NCBI RefSeq assembly: GCF_018350175.1 | Contig: NC_058368.1 | Location: 108,192,001-108,256,000 of the forward strand | Source of the DNA: Felis catus | Lineage: Eukaryota | Direction: 5' to 3' | Length of the DNA: 64,000 nucleotides | Part shown: piece after piece, positions 25,625-39,289 of the stretch | Numbering within the stretch: position 1 is the first letter of the stretch | How the letters are laid out: each line of letters opens with the position of its first letter | Notes under the pieces: generated by a model | What the model was told of the DNA's origin: nothing | The model's input: the letters and a program-made list of their open reading frames with translations, nothing else | The model's database searches: none | Made by a program: the position numbers and the translations under genes

Positions 25625-26639
25625 TATAATGCGTATTTCTAATCCCAACAGGTGTTTACTTTAGGATTGCATTATATATAGAGTGTAATTGGGTGAGAAT
25701 TGATGTCTTCAGAATTCTGGACAATCCCTTTGAGAAACATACCATATGTTTCCATTTACATAAACCTTTTAATATTCTTTTAGAAAAGCTTTAAAACTTC
25801 ATCATTCATCATCAGTTCATCATTTTGCACATTTCTTGTTAGATTTGTTCTAAATATTTTAGGGTCTTTTAATACTGTTGTGAATCGAACTGTTTTTCTA
25901 TTACATTTTCTAATAGAATTTTACTAGTATATAGGAAATAAAAAATTTTTATCCACTAATCTTTTAACCAGACAACTTATTGAACACTTTATATTTTCAA
26001 AATATCTTTTATGGTAACAATGTTTTTTTTTTAGTCTTTTTCTAGTAAGTAAATCTTTTGTCCTGTTGCTGTCTTACTGCATTAACTAAGACCCCCAGTA
26101 TAACGTTGAATAGTGCCAGTGATGTGTGAACATCATTGCTTTTCCTGACTTTAATGGGAAAGGTTCTAATTTAAACATAATATGAATATATATTTTAGTG
26201 AATGTGTGTTTACCTGTACATTTAAGTTATTGTGTGTAATTTGTTATAAATGATACTATCAAGGATTACATTTCCACCAGTTTTAAAAATTATGGAATTT
26301 TTGAATTGTGGGTATATTGTTTTATGCCTTGTAATATTTTGTTGAGAGTCAGATATAGTAGCGAGTAAAGGAACTGAAGGGAACAGGCCAACTTATGTTT
26401 ATCTGTCTGGGTGTTAGGCCATGTTTACTGTAGTTGTTGGTGTCAGAAGATAAAATTTCCTCTGGCATATTGGTTTTTGTGCCATATTTTCTTTGCATTT
26501 GCTTGGAGACTTCTTAAGATCTGAGATGTCTACTTCTTTCAGTTGTATTCTCCTGTTACATAGAAGCCTTATTGATGTCTTGTTAAGGTGTGGGGTACAA
26601 TAGTTTGTCATGATTGTAGCCTTTGTTAAGAACAAAATG

Positions 26640-27066
26640 CCGTGTCTTACTTAAAAATACCTACTTTTCTCTCTCTTTGTTGAAGCACAAGGAGATGTTT
26701 CTTTGATCTTCAATTGAGTATATAGTAGAGTTCCTTGAGGTGAAACTAAGACTGGGCCCCCTGAAGTACTTAACTCTCAGACTCGTGTACATTCCTCTTC
26801 CAGTAATTCATCACTTAGAGTTTAGGCCTTCCTACACTGGTCCTGGGTACCCAGAAGTTCCTCATCATGGGTTTCTGCTCCAGTAAGTTGTGACTTTCTG
26901 TGTTTGTCTATCTGGTTTTGGGGGCAGCAGTTCTGTGATCTCAGTTTGATGATGATCTCAGTAAGAAGAGCTATTTGTTTTCAGTTTGTTCAACTCTTTC
27001 CTTGAGTGTGGAAGGGAGTGAATCTTGCCACGCTCTTTACATGCTGGCTTGGAAACCAGAAGTCGG
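26640..27066 (-). mobile_element. Old L1 (L1MC/MD-like) 5' end
   Basis: Ends in ...tacatgctggcttggaaaccagaagtc, the reverse complement of a gacttctggtttc-type L1M 5' terminus. Confidence 0.55.
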
Positions 27067-28399
27067 TGTTGCTATCATTTTTAACATTGACTTTTTCATT
27101 GTCATTATTCATAATGTAAATAGTAAAGTGAGTCCTGTTCCAGTATGTGATGTGGGTATAAGCACTAATAGCTAAAATAGAAAAATATAGGTTAGGAGAG
27201 TAGACCACAGGAGCATAAAGCCTTGGAATTGAAAGTATGAAACTCGAGAAATACATTTTCTGTTACTCAGAGGATTTACATACACCTTGAGTTTTTTGCA
27301 CACATACAACACGTCAGTATTCTGTTATTGTTTAATAATAGATATTTGCATGAAATATTCCATCATAAGAATTCCATGGGCATATGAGTTCTTATTTTTG
27401 GCTTGCCAAGAAAAAGAACACAAAACTTAACAAGGCCATGTGGCTGTTACAGTTCAAGAATACCTTGCTTATTGGCCTCAGAAAAACATTTAAAGGATGC
27501 ACTAATAGCTTTATGTATTTATAGCCTTCAAAAACATATCCTTGAAGTTCTATGAGACGTATCAAGAGTGCCTTGTTTGAAAGCTGCTTGGTCATCTCTG
27601 AAGTTTTCTAAAGTATTTACTGAAATTAAGTGCTGCATGCCAACTCTCCCACTCGTTCTTTGCCACCGCCTGCTCTTGCACATTCCACGTATGAAAAAGA
27701 AACAACCCAATATGGGAAGAAAACAGATGCATTTTTCTGTGTAGTGGCACAAGATCATACTTTTTCTTCCCACTCATTCACTTCACAGTGCAGTACAGAG
27801 AATAAAGGAGTCTCAAATTTTTTGAGCCATGGCAATCCTAACTTTTCAAGTTGACTATATTCTATTAATGTTGTAGTTACTGTTATTAGATATAGCTACA
27901 GTAATAAACTTGGATGGTTGCTGCTTTGTAACTTAATTTTCTTTAAAAAAAAAATGAAAAGATCTGTCAGATCTTTTTAGGGCTCTAGTGATTCTTTACT
28001 TAGTATTGTGCGTTAGAGTACTGGAGGGCTTCTTTTTTCCTCCAGCTTTATTTAAGTATAAGTGGTATACAAAAAACTGCACATAATAATGTATGCAGTC
28101 TGGTGAATTTGGACATATGCATACACTTGTGTTACCATCGCCACAATCAAGGTAATAAACTTCTAAGGTATCCTCAAAATAGTGAATATTAATTACAACC
28201 CTCCCCCACTTTTCCATTTATATTACATGCCTTCCACTTATAATATTTCATCACATATTTTGTTAATGCTATTTGTCTCTGAAATGTGTTACTTTAATTA
28301 GGCCTATACACACAGTTAATGTATGCTACTGCATATACTATCACACCAGTTCTTTCTGCAGTAAACTAGGTAGTGATGGCAGGCATTGTTTCTGTCTTA

Positions 28400-28850
28400 G
28401 CTTTCAGTCTAGTAAAGGAGAAACCTAGTGAATAAATAAGTGTTTGTGATGTCAGCTGAGGAGAACTGCTCTGTGGAAAAGGAAATCAGGGAGCAGAGAT
28501 AGAGGAGAAATAGGGGTGTTAAGAGTATACAGGAAAGGCCCGTCTGGTGAAGTGATATTTAAGCAAAGATGGAGGGGAATAAAACACATGATCCTTAGGT
28601 TGGAGCATGCAGTCAGAGGGACTGAGAGTGCATGGCTCTGCAAGTGCAGAGTTTGTGTGTGTGACAGGAGCATCAGAGAAGGCAGAGTGGCTGTGAGCCC
28701 AGGGAACAGTGCTGGGAGATGAGGTCGGGGAGGTTGCTGAGGGCCTGCTCCTATATGGCCTTTCAGGCCATGAAAAGACTTCATGGTTTCTGTTCTTTAT
28801 GAAATGGGAAATCATTGAATGGTTTTGAACAAAACAAGTGGAAGAACATG
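28400..28850. mobile_element. L2 fragment (similar relics at ~8040-8300, ~44300-45150, ~47250-48300, ~61480-61750)
   Basis: Purine-rich L2-like motifs (aatgggaaatcattgaatggttttgaaca; atttttttattgagcactatgtgcc). Confidence 0.55.
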
Positions 28851-29085
28851 GTCTTTTTGTAATGTTTTGAATGTTGCTTTCTGTAAGCCCAGACTCAGAG
28901 TTAGCCGTGACTGACCATACTGTTAAGCTCTGGACTGGTGAGTAGTTGCCTTCTCTGTGCACACTCACCCAGAGGTTCCTCATCAGCCTGTAGTGTGTCG
29001 AACAATGAGGCTGTTAGAAAAGCCCTCAGTGGCTCTTCTTCCTGTCATTTTTGTTGTTGTTCTCATGTAGTTTTAATGTATAGTT

Positions 29086-29087
<2 letters not shown>

Positions 29088-29119
<32 letters not shown>

Positions 29120-29145
29120 TGGTGGTGATGGTGGTGGTGGAGGTG
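29088..29145. repeat. (TG)n followed by (GGT)n
   Basis: Direct observation. Confidence 0.9.
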
Positions 29146-30469
29146 TTGCTGGACTGACCACAACAAAACAAAGATTATCGTGCTCCATGTTCTCAAGGGT
29201 TTCAAGTTTCTTCAAAGGAAATAGTTGAGGTATTGGAAGGGGTGGCTTGGGTCACTAGACAGTTCGGAATTATTAAGAAGACCATAGATATCCTCACAAG
29301 CATCAAAGCCATTACTGCAGCCTCCTAAAATGAACTAACAATTCTGTGAAAAGCCAGTAGAGGAAACTCTAGCTGAGGGCATTCTGTGATTTTGGGGGAT
29401 TTGTATAGTTAGAAGAGTACTTACTCAAGTGCACTGCATCCCTGTAGGTACTATATTATAATGACTCCAGATGGCAGTTTCATTTAGAACTTCCATTTTC
29501 AAGAATAACATTCCATATACCATATGTGAAATGTGAATATGGTAAAAATATCTTTATTCCTTCTGAAAACAAAAAAGTACATGCTCTTGATTTGCCTAAT
29601 TTCACAAAAAAAATCCTATCATGTAACCACAAGCATCTCAAAGCATTTAAGAGATGAATTTGCTTAATAAAAATAAAAAATTACCCTTATCAGTTGAGAA
29701 ATGAAAAATGTCATTAGTTTTTAGAAAGGTAGTGCACAAGACTGATTGAAATGTTTCAGGTGTATACTAAACCTAGAAATTCCTAAGACTGTTTTATGCC
29801 CCACAACTTCCAGACCTGCCTCAGGAGTAGCTGCCATATTTCCTCATAGTCACCTACTTTGGAGTGTGGGGGTTTGTGTGCCCTGTGCACTTCAGATCCC
29901 AAGGAGAAGGTTGAATTTGTGTGCACACGCTTAAAGACAAATTAGAGAGGCTCTTGGCACCAGAGTGCAGTGGAAGGTTTTTGCCCTTGACCAGTCAGCA
30001 AGCCCTGTAAGTTAGTGTCCCTTGCGTTTCACGTGAGGTTAAGTTGGGGATGAGCAGAAGTAGTAGAAAGCCATTTATTTTCAGAAATTACAGTGCTTTT
30101 ATAAGTTTGTAAATGTTAAAAATGGTTTCTTTAATGCTTTTCTTAAATTGATCTTTGTTCAGTTTAGATTGTGGTTTTTTACTCTCTTCCTCAACGTCAA
30201 CCAGCTATTTCTTAGCAAGACACGTGATACACCCATCTCTCAGCTTCAACAGTTTCAATTCTTACATGACCTTGTTCATCTCATTCCATCCATTTTTGCC
30301 TTTCTTTTGTTACTTTGAAGACCACTCCCAAGCCTTATATAATTTTATCCATACATATGTCACTGTTTATTCCTATAAATGACTATTATTTAACATAACC
30401 ATGACACTTTTCTTATACCAAAATATTAATAATTTAAAAGTTTGTTTTACATCTAAGCATCCAGTATTG

Positions 30470-31200
30470 TAAATAATTATGAAGCATATATGTTAGGCAG
30501 CACACACTACCTAAATTAAGAAAAGGAGCATTGCCAACCCCCCAGCAGTCTCTTAGTGTACTTTCCAGACACACCCCAGGTCCATCACTGGGAGGACCTT
30601 GGTTCAAATCACTTCCTTGCTTTGTGTTATTGTTTTGCCATCTGTATATGTATCCCCAAACAGTATTATTTAGTTTACCTGTTGTAACTTTAAATGAGTG
30701 GAGTTCTCCTAGCTGTACTCTTTTGTGTTTTCTTTAATTAAATATTAACTTTATAAGATTGGACCATATGGATCCAGGTAGCTAAACTTCTTTTTTCTTT
30801 CACAGTTTGTTGTGTGACTACCCCATAATATGTTTATCCACTATAGTCCTTTTGAAAATTTGAGTTGTTAGCAATATGGGACTATGGTGAATAATGCTCT
30901 TTTGTGCCTTCCTGTGAGTATGTTGTCTAGTGAACACATGCTTGAGTTTCTCTAGGGTATATACCTGGGAGTGGAATCAGTGGCTTTGAAGTCTAAAGGC
31001 AGTCATTTTTACCATGCAATACCAAATTGTTTTAAATTTGGTGTTACCAGTTTACATTCCCACCAGTAGTTTGAGTGTACCGTTCCATATCCTCATGAAC
31101 ACGTATTAGCAAACTTTTACATTTTTATCACTCTGGGAGGGAAGTAATGACATCTCTTTGAAGTTTGAACTTGTGTTATCTTGCATATTAAATATAGTGG
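30470..31200 (-). mobile_element. Old L1 (L1ME-like) 3' fragment
   Basis: Antisense motifs gagtttctctagggtatatacctgggagtggaat and ccagtttacattcccaccag. Confidence 0.7.
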
Positions 31201-32564
31201 AGTGAAAAGTAACCTGACTTTTTTTTTTGACTATTCAGGATTATACACAAGCCAGAAATTTCTTCAAGTACAATTCCCCAAATCAGCTCTTCCACAGTTT
31301 GTTCATCAGCATACTCTATTTATATTCTAGCATACAATCACTTACTGAAGAGTACAGAAAAGACATTTTAGATAAATTGAAGCACATTAAGTTAAGACAT
31401 GATTCTGTAACGTTTCATTTTTGTATTTAAAGTATGGTTAAGCATTAATTCAGTGCTTTCTATTTAGTCTTTTAGTGTTGTAGAAATACATGCTGTCAGT
31501 AGCCACCAAGTATCATCCATGTCAGTCTATATATACCAGATATTACTAGAGCTCAATTTTCATTAAGGGCAAATGAAAAAAACCAGAGTTCTTTTATTTT
31601 CCTCTGACATCCCATCAGATCATTTGAGCATTCCTCAGTAAGCGTATCCCATGGTATAGACCATTGAATACAGAACAAGTCAGAGCATGGAGCTTTGGAG
31701 CTCAAAAGCAGGATTGTATTATGTTCTTTGTGATTAAAAATCCTGCTAAAATGAAAAGGAAAAACTTGGAAAGAGTTTTTTTTTATGAACCGGGAGGGGA
31801 AAAAACCCATTGTGATCAAATAATTGAAAAGTATGTATGTATATGACAAAGCCCTAACTTAATACTTTTCTCTTTGCTTGTTACAAAGTACATATCCTCA
31901 TGTTCATAAAGAAAATCTTCCTCATCTGTAATGTTAAGTAGTGTGAGCTTGTATTAATTGGCTGCTTATATGAATACTGAAGCATTTCTTAAAAAGTCAG
32001 TTGTTCGCAAGTCCTCTGACCACACCTGGGATATTGTTAGGTTTATTTAGAAAACATTCTTCAATTCTAAGTTGTGTCATTTGTGTAAATAGTGTGAAGA
32101 TCTGCATCGTTTCATAAGGTGGCGAATTCTCAACATGCTAAAATAAAGGCCCTTCTAAAACATCAATAGCATTAAGTTTTGTTTTACTGACTTTTGGATT
32201 TTATAAACTTAGAAACTGCAAGATTGAAGTAGTTTAAGCCTATATCTAGAGTTACTGTGGATTGGGTCCTGATCCTCCCATTGCCTTGGTATTATATACA
32301 AACAAGGAAAGAAGAGTAATACTGTTAAGGAACACAAATTTTACTCTTATAAAAATCAGGGGAAAAAAAATGAGTATACCAGGCCAGGTAACAAACTATT
32401 CATTTTTGTAGAAAAAGGAAGTTTTCATGCAAATTTTATGTGATCTATTACTAAGGAGAAATTAGAATTTAAATAATTTCTGGAACCTAATGCGATAGTG
32501 GTAATTATCTGGGATAGATATTTATGGTGTTTATAGTATACTGAAAATTTGAGAAGCACTTCTT

Positions 32565-32788
32565 TTTTTTAAATTTTTTTTTCAACGTTTTTTATTTATT
32601 TTTGGGACAGAGAGAGACAGAGCATGAACGGGGGAGGGGCAGAGAGAGAGGGAGACACAGAATCGGAAACAGGCTCCAGGCTCCGAGCCATCAGCCCAGA
32701 GCCTGACGCGGGGCTCGAACTCACGGACCGCGAGATCGTGACCTGTCTGAAGTCGGACGCTTAACCGACTGCGCCACCCAGGCGCCCC
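32565..32788 (-). mobile_element. Very young felid SINE (SINEC_Fc-type)
   Basis: CpGs intact; perfect 15-bp TSD TGAGAAGCACTTCTT (32550-32564 / 32789-32803). Confidence 0.96.
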
Positions 32789-34354
32789 TGAGAAGCACTT
32801 CTTAAGAATATGTTCATCAGTGATATAAATACATGGAAAAAAAATTCTGTTTTTTATCCTTCTCTACTTTAAACTTGTTTATAATGGGTAGAAAATATTA
32901 GAGATCAGTTTTATTAGCAGTTCTTATATGCAGGACAGATTCTAAGATCTCAGCTGTATCTGCTTTAAGTACTGAGTACTCTAAAGGTTGGTCTGGTCTC
33001 TTACCACCTTTGTACATAGTAAAAATTTTGATTTTTTATATAAGACATTTCCCATGTTTATGTTCCATTTGCTTTTGTACATTGAATTTTCTTTTAGTTA
33101 TTTGAAAAGCTAATACCTATGCTTAAATTCTTCTCTTTTAGAAGGTGAGACATTATTTCTTTTACTTGTGATTTGTTTTCTGTTTTCATTTGTGAATTAA
33201 AAACAATGTTTGCACTGACATCTAGTCAAATGCTTGTGTCTGCACACGTGCAGACTTGGAAACTTGAAGTTAACCAGTAAAGTTGAGACTAATGAGTAAA
33301 TGGCAGAGTCTTTGTGCTTGAAGATTGGTTTTCTTTCTGTGTGTGTTTCGGTAACTTTTACCCAAATGGAAGTGAATATGTATATTGGATAAGAAATTGA
33401 ATTATGAAACTCTGCAAATAAACATCACTTTTAATAAGTTAAGGTGAAACCAGCAGAGCAGTTACAACATTTTAAAAGGCTCTCCTTGCTACCAAATGTT
33501 AATTATTATCTGCCATTTTTATAGACCTTCTTAGTTCAAATATTTTCATATATATTAACTTAATAGTATACATTCCTGTCATTTTCATTCCATCTTTGCG
33601 TTTTTCTTTCTGCCATTCTTTGTGTGGTTTTGATTTTGGCTTTATTTGTCCTTACATTGTCTGCTTGGGTAGTAGTTGGGTGATTTTCTCACTGGGATCT
33701 TAAGATACACAAATGCTTCTGTGTATACACTTATATGCATGTATCTAAAAGGGATTAAGATACTGGAAAAAATACTAGCTGAGTGAATTCTGTATATACA
33801 TTAAGTAAACAGAACCTTCTCTACATTAAACACAGAAAAGCTATTACTAGATACCATTTTCTGGCCTACTTTTGGAACAGATAAAATTAATAAGAAACAT
33901 AAGACAAATATACTTTTAGTAGTGTTGAGCTATGGGAAATTGATCTCATTTTTAGGAACCCCAAAGTTAAGGGTAGTTAAAAATTTTTTTTTCCTTTTCT
34001 CCACCTTCGTCATATGAGATGTGGTTTTCTGTGGGGTTTAAGAGTTGTTGAGATAAGGGTTTGAATTCCATTGCCAAAACTCAGTTACTGTTTGACCTTG
34101 AGCAGATTAATTAAACCTTTGCAAGTAGGAATAATGATAGGAAAATTAGGAATAATAATCCTATCTTCTAGGATTAATAGATTATGTGAAGTAAGGTAAT
34201 TCATGTAAAGTGCTTAGAATAGTGCATGGTTTACAGGGTTGCTCTTAATATGGATATTGAGTTGATAAATTGAAATTTCCTTTCATTTAAAAACATTTTT
34301 TCCTGCTTTTTCTTGTTTTTATCTCCACTGATTATTTTTAAGTACATTGTATTT

Positions 34355-34559
34355 TTAAAAAAATTTTTAATATTTATTTTTGGGAAACAGAATGCAAGCA
34401 GGGGAGGGGCAGAGAGAGAGGGAGACACATAATATGAAGCAGGCTCCAGGCTCTGAGCTGTCAGCACAGAGCCTGATGTGGGGCTCATACCCACAAAGCA
34501 TGGAGTCATGACCTGGGTGGAAGTCGGATGCTTAACCAACTGAGCCACCCAGGCGCCCC
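34355..34559 (-). mobile_element. Can-SINE
   Basis: Perfect 16-bp TSD TAAGTACATTGTATTT (34339-34354 / 34560-34575). Confidence 0.94.
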
Positions 34560-34598
34560 TAAGTACATTGTATTTGAAATGAACAGGATCTTCCAAGT

Positions 34599-34600
<2 letters not shown>

Positions 34601-34670
<70 letters not shown>
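34601..34670. repeat. Compound (AC)15(TC)20 microsatellite
   Basis: Direct observation. Confidence 0.95.
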
Positions 34671-34676
<6 letters not shown>

Positions 34677-34984
34677 CATCACCGCTCTCCTGAAACCCAC
34701 TTTACATGACATTAAAGGAGTTTAAAAACAAAAGGTATGAAATGATACAACTCACAAAGAAAAAGAGAATAAAGAGAGAAGCATGGATGAGAGATAATAA
34801 AAAGTGGATGATAGAATAGGAATTTGCTGAACACAGCCACAGCCTAATTGCCTAAAAAGGGACATACTGACCAGAAGTAATGTAACATTCTTTAACTGCC
34901 TTGCTCTTCAGAATTCCTTCAAGAATAAGTTACCAAAGTAACATTACAGGAATATTTTACTGAACTGTAAAAACAATTTTTTTT

Positions 34985-35196
34985 ATTAAAATTTTTTTTT
35001 TGGAAATGTTTATTCTTGAGAGAGAGACAGAGCACGAGCAGGGGAGGGGCAGAGAGAGAGGGAGACAGAATCTGAAGCAGGCTCCAGGCTCTGACCTGTT
35101 AGCACAGAGCCCTACATGGGGCTTGAACCCACAGACTGTGAGATCATGACCTGAGCCGAAATTGGGTGCTTAACTGACTGAGCCACCCAGGGCCCC
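34985..35196 (-). mobile_element. Can-SINE
   Basis: Antisense SINE ending cccagggcccc. Confidence 0.9.
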
Positions 35197-35509
35197 AGCA
35201 ACAGATTTCTTGGTTGAAGGCCTATTGAATGAAATTTCAGACTATATGGACTAGCCATTTAGCTATTTAACCAGCAGTTATTTATGGATGGTGTTAGAGT
35301 AATTAATGATGGTTTCATAGAACATGAAGCAAAGAAAAAGCAGCAATTCAACATAGTACATGAAAAGAAAATGATGGAACACTGCTTAACTTACTTGTGA
35401 ACAGTATTTACAAAAAGTTAATATAAACACTGGATTTTTCTTTCTCTATTTTACATAGCATTTTTGGGGAGTTACATGACTTTCTTTGAAACAAAGATGT
35501 TTATTTTAT

Positions 35510-35645
35510 GGGTGATGGGCATCCCACCTGCTGGGATGAGCACTGGGTGTTGTATGTAAGTGATGAATCATGGGAATCTCCTGAAGCCAAGACTGCATTG
35601 TATGTTAGGTAACTTGACAATAAAAAAAGAAAGAAAAATAAAATA
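35510..35645 (+). mobile_element. Very short L1 3' end
   Basis: gggatgagcactgggtgttgtatgtaag...ttgacaataaa plus A tail, homologous to the L1 3'UTR at 17820-17860. Confidence 0.8.
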
Positions 35646-35916
35646 ATTCAGTTCTAAGAAAATGGTTTATTTTAGAGCAACTGTCAGTACAGTAGAGATG
35701 GAAAGAATAGTGGACAGGAAGATTCCCAGATGTGCGTTAGTAGCAGCTATGGCTCCTTGGGTAGCAGTAACGATCTTTCTGGGTGCATTAGTTTCCTGTT
35801 GCTGCAGTAACAGATGTAGATGAAAGCACAAATTTATTATGTACACTTCTTGAGGCCACAAGTCCAATACAGGTCTCACTGTACTAAAATCAATGTAGGT
35901 CATCATATTACATTTT

Positions 35917-35923
<7 letters not shown>

Positions 35924-35957
<34 letters not shown>

Positions 35958-36135
35958 GAAAGAATGTGTGCGAGTGGGCAGAGGGGCACAGGGAAAGAGA
36001 GACAGAATATCTCAAGCAGGCTCCATGCTCAGTGCAGAGCCCAACGTGGGGCTCAGTCCGTGATCCCATGACCCTGGGATCATGATCTGAGCCGAAATGA
36101 AGAGAGGGATGTTCACCTGAGTCACCCACATCACA
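35924..36135 (-). mobile_element. Can-SINE (diverged) adjoining an MLT1/MaLR LTR fragment (~35785-35900)
   Basis: Long poly-T tail and SINE body; upstream tgcattagtttcctgttgctgcagtaaca is a typical MLT1 terminus. Confidence 0.75.
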
Positions 36136-38698
36136 TTTTCTTTGCGCAGTATAGAAGGTATTTTGCAAGTCTAAAGGTAGCTATGTTATGCATGTATACA
36201 CACATGCTTGCATATTGAATGGACAGAAACAATCTCACAACGACTCGTGGTGGCGGAAATCTCTAGTGTTGGAAAGGCTTTTATACTCAAGATCATTGAA
36301 ATAACTGTCATTAGTACCTAGAAAACCAGTTTCAGATTATTTTTTAAACCTATTTGGTGCTTGCAACATGTGGTTTAATCCAGATACTAACTTTAAATAG
36401 AAGGGACAAAAGAACTCATGTTCACTTCAGGTTTCCCTCTGAGCGAGAACAGCTAGTTCTTTCAGTTTTGCTTTTAGCAATTTTGCCCTTGAAAGGTCAT
36501 TATAAATTTGCTTAGAGATTCTTTTTAAAAGCAAATTTTGAGGCCTCCTGCAAACTTCTTATCTGTTACCAACTGTGAAATTTATATTGAGTGGGAAAAG
36601 GTTAGTTTCTACTAACCTCTAAAAGGCAAAATAAAGAAGACTGTACTCAGGATTGGATTTTCAGTGCATTTCCAGCACAAAATATCCTGCCTATTGTACT
36701 TTGAGGTAATTCCTTGCTTGTAACTCTAGTTGGGTGTTCTGATTTCTCTGTGGTGATATGTGGTGTAGCTCTCCTCTTTTTATCGAAAGGGCTTAGAGAA
36801 GCCCTTTGACCTCAGGGCCACTGCTGGCATGCCGGTGAGTGTGCACCAAGATCTAGAAGCCAGCGGATTATTGTTTATCATCCCCAGAGTGGAAGATATA
36901 GTATAAGTTGATACATATACTGAAAAGCCTTACTGTTTTTAAAAGTTTCACCCTCATGGGGGAATATGAAATGTAAAGTAGGCTAAGTTATTGAAGAATA
37001 GATTTTTTTTTTCCAGTCTCTGCAGTATCTCACCCCTGGGTTCTCTTCAGTTTGTCCCTTAACCTATTAATTGGGGGTTTTTGGTTATGATCTTAGAAAT
37101 CAGACTTCCACAGGTGGTTTTATTAGCTCATATTATTACTAGTCCTGGGAAAGCTGGATCTGACTTCTTAAACATCTGTATCCAGGGCCTGGGGCACAGT
37201 GAAGACTCCTCTCTGTCTTTCTTGATTCTTGGCACTTAGGCTGCTTTCTGACGAGAGGTGGTTGTTTTTCCTTCATAGGAAACATGGTGACCCTCAGCTC
37301 CAGGTCCGTCATGTCAGTTTCACAACCATGAGGAAGAAAGGGTTTCTCCCTGGTTTAGTTCTTTCCAGTGAAGGATTCTGGAGCAATCTGTGTCGTATGC
37401 ACACACTTATAATCAGGGTTGTGGACTGTTGTGGTTGGCAGCCTCTCAAAATCATAAGGTTGGGTTTGGGAAGAGGTGATTTCCTGAAAGGAAAGGAAGG
37501 AGACTGGTGTTTGCAGAACAAAAAATATGCAGGAAAAATGGCATGTGTCCATTATAAGATTTATGTCTATTTTTGCAAAAGGATAAATCTCACTTTGTCA
37601 GTTTAGATATCTGTTAATCATTCTGATAAGCATGTTAAAAAGCTGCATGAAATCCTTTAAGAACAATAGAAAATTTGTTGTAGGTCTGGAATGCCCTAAG
37701 CTTACTGTATTAAAAAAAAAAGAAGTTAAACCTGAATCAATGAAATAGGAGCTAAGGATATGTGAATTGTAAAAACAACTCTTTATCTTTTGGTAAATGA
37801 TAGTTTATACTGTCAGAAACTTGTATTTCTTTACCAAATTCTAAAATAAACTTTGAGGCTATTTTACAACCCCTTGATAGAATAACCAAAGTGAAAAAGT
37901 AAAAGAAGGCTCAAGTTCTGATGCTAATTACATACTTTCAGCAGGGTTTTAGCAAAGCTGAGCTATGTAAGCCCTTTTGACTTTTATGCCATATTAAATA
38001 AATCTGTTATGAAAGATAATGTAAAAGGTAGAAGCTACTTGTATTATCTATCACAGTTCATTCATAAGGTTTTCACTTTCCTCCCTTTAAAATGGTAAGT
38101 GTTGTGTCATTTTGAACAATGTATTGACACTTACTAGGTACATGTTGGTTAATAGGTAATAAACTCTTCTGATAAATCATTTATTTTTGTATATTTTAAA
38201 GTCAGTAATGACAATGCCTTTTTCCAGGGTAGCAGCTTTTTTATGTCTATTGATTTTTGCAGAAATTTTCTTTCAGTTTTAATGTATTAAATAGTAAGGA
38301 CTACAGACTACCTTCAAAGGTGGTTTGACTCAGCATTAAAGGGGCTTATGGACACAGATGGGAAATAGTGGATTGGGTAGGTCAGGTCATTAGTGATATC
38401 TGTACATAGGTTATAGATGACCTCTGAATAATCATCTTGGTAAGCTTGTGATTTATCAATCATTATTTAAATAAAACCATGACTCACATTTGAAGTATGT
38501 TGTAGAAAACTTGGTTAGTGCCTAGAGGTAAGCAATGAAAATGTGTACAGGTAGATCATTTGACAGAACTATGGACCTAACTATTTCTAGTCTGTGAGGT
38601 AGAAATAGGCTCTTCTCTTCTTCCCCCACAATTTTATTGAAATATAACATTATATTCATTTAAGGTATGCAATGTAATGGATTTGATATATGTATATA

Positions 38699-38843
38699 CA
38701 TTTGATCCTTGAACAGTGCAGAGGTAGGGGCCGATCCCCTGCACGATCAAAACTCCCTAAAAACTGCTGCTATATGTGTTATATGTTGTATCTTTACAAT
38801 AAAGTCAGAGAAAATAAAATATTATTTTAAAGTTTTATTTCAT

Positions 38844-38883
<40 letters not shown>

Positions 38884-39285
38884 CGCGCACAAGCAGGGGA
38901 GGGGCAGAGAGAGAGAAAGAGAATCCCAGGCAGGCTCTGCACCACCACTGACTGAGCCACCCACGTGCCCCAAAAAGAAAATATTTTTTAAAGCAGATTT
39001 AAAAAAAATTTTTAAATGTTCATTTATTGTGAGAGAGAGAGAGCGCATGTCCCCAAGTGCGTGAGCAGGGGAGTTTGTGGGGTGGAGAGACACAGAATCT
39101 GAAGCAGGCTCTAGGCTCTGAGCATTCAGCACAGAGGCTGATGTAGGGCTCGAATTCATGAACCACGAGATCATGGCTCATGTGGTATCATGACCTGAGC
39201 CAAAGTCAGAGGTTCAACCACCTGAGCTACCCACGTGCCCTTTGTAGAAAATGTTATTAAGATCTTTAGAAAGAGAAAATACATT
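38699..39285. mobile_element. Tigger2-family MITE fragment interrupted by two antisense Can-SINEs (~38826-38972, ~39005-39240)
   Basis: ta|catttgatccttgaaca resembles the Tigger2 terminal repeat; two SINE bodies inside. Confidence 0.65.
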
Positions 39286-39289
39286 GGTT

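Larger units (their letters stand above)
24430..26200 (-). mobile_element. Old L1 ORF2 fragments (antisense), interrupted by three SINEs
   Basis: Antisense ORF2-like motifs (gggtgagaattgatgtcttc, cacatttcttgttagattt, ttttcctgactttaatgggaa). Confidence 0.65.

Noticed and set aside
34231..34725. ORFs with CVCVCV, ERERER or LSLSLS runs (also near 17473, 25395, 38709, 58877)
   Set aside because: Translations of SINE linkers and microsatellites.
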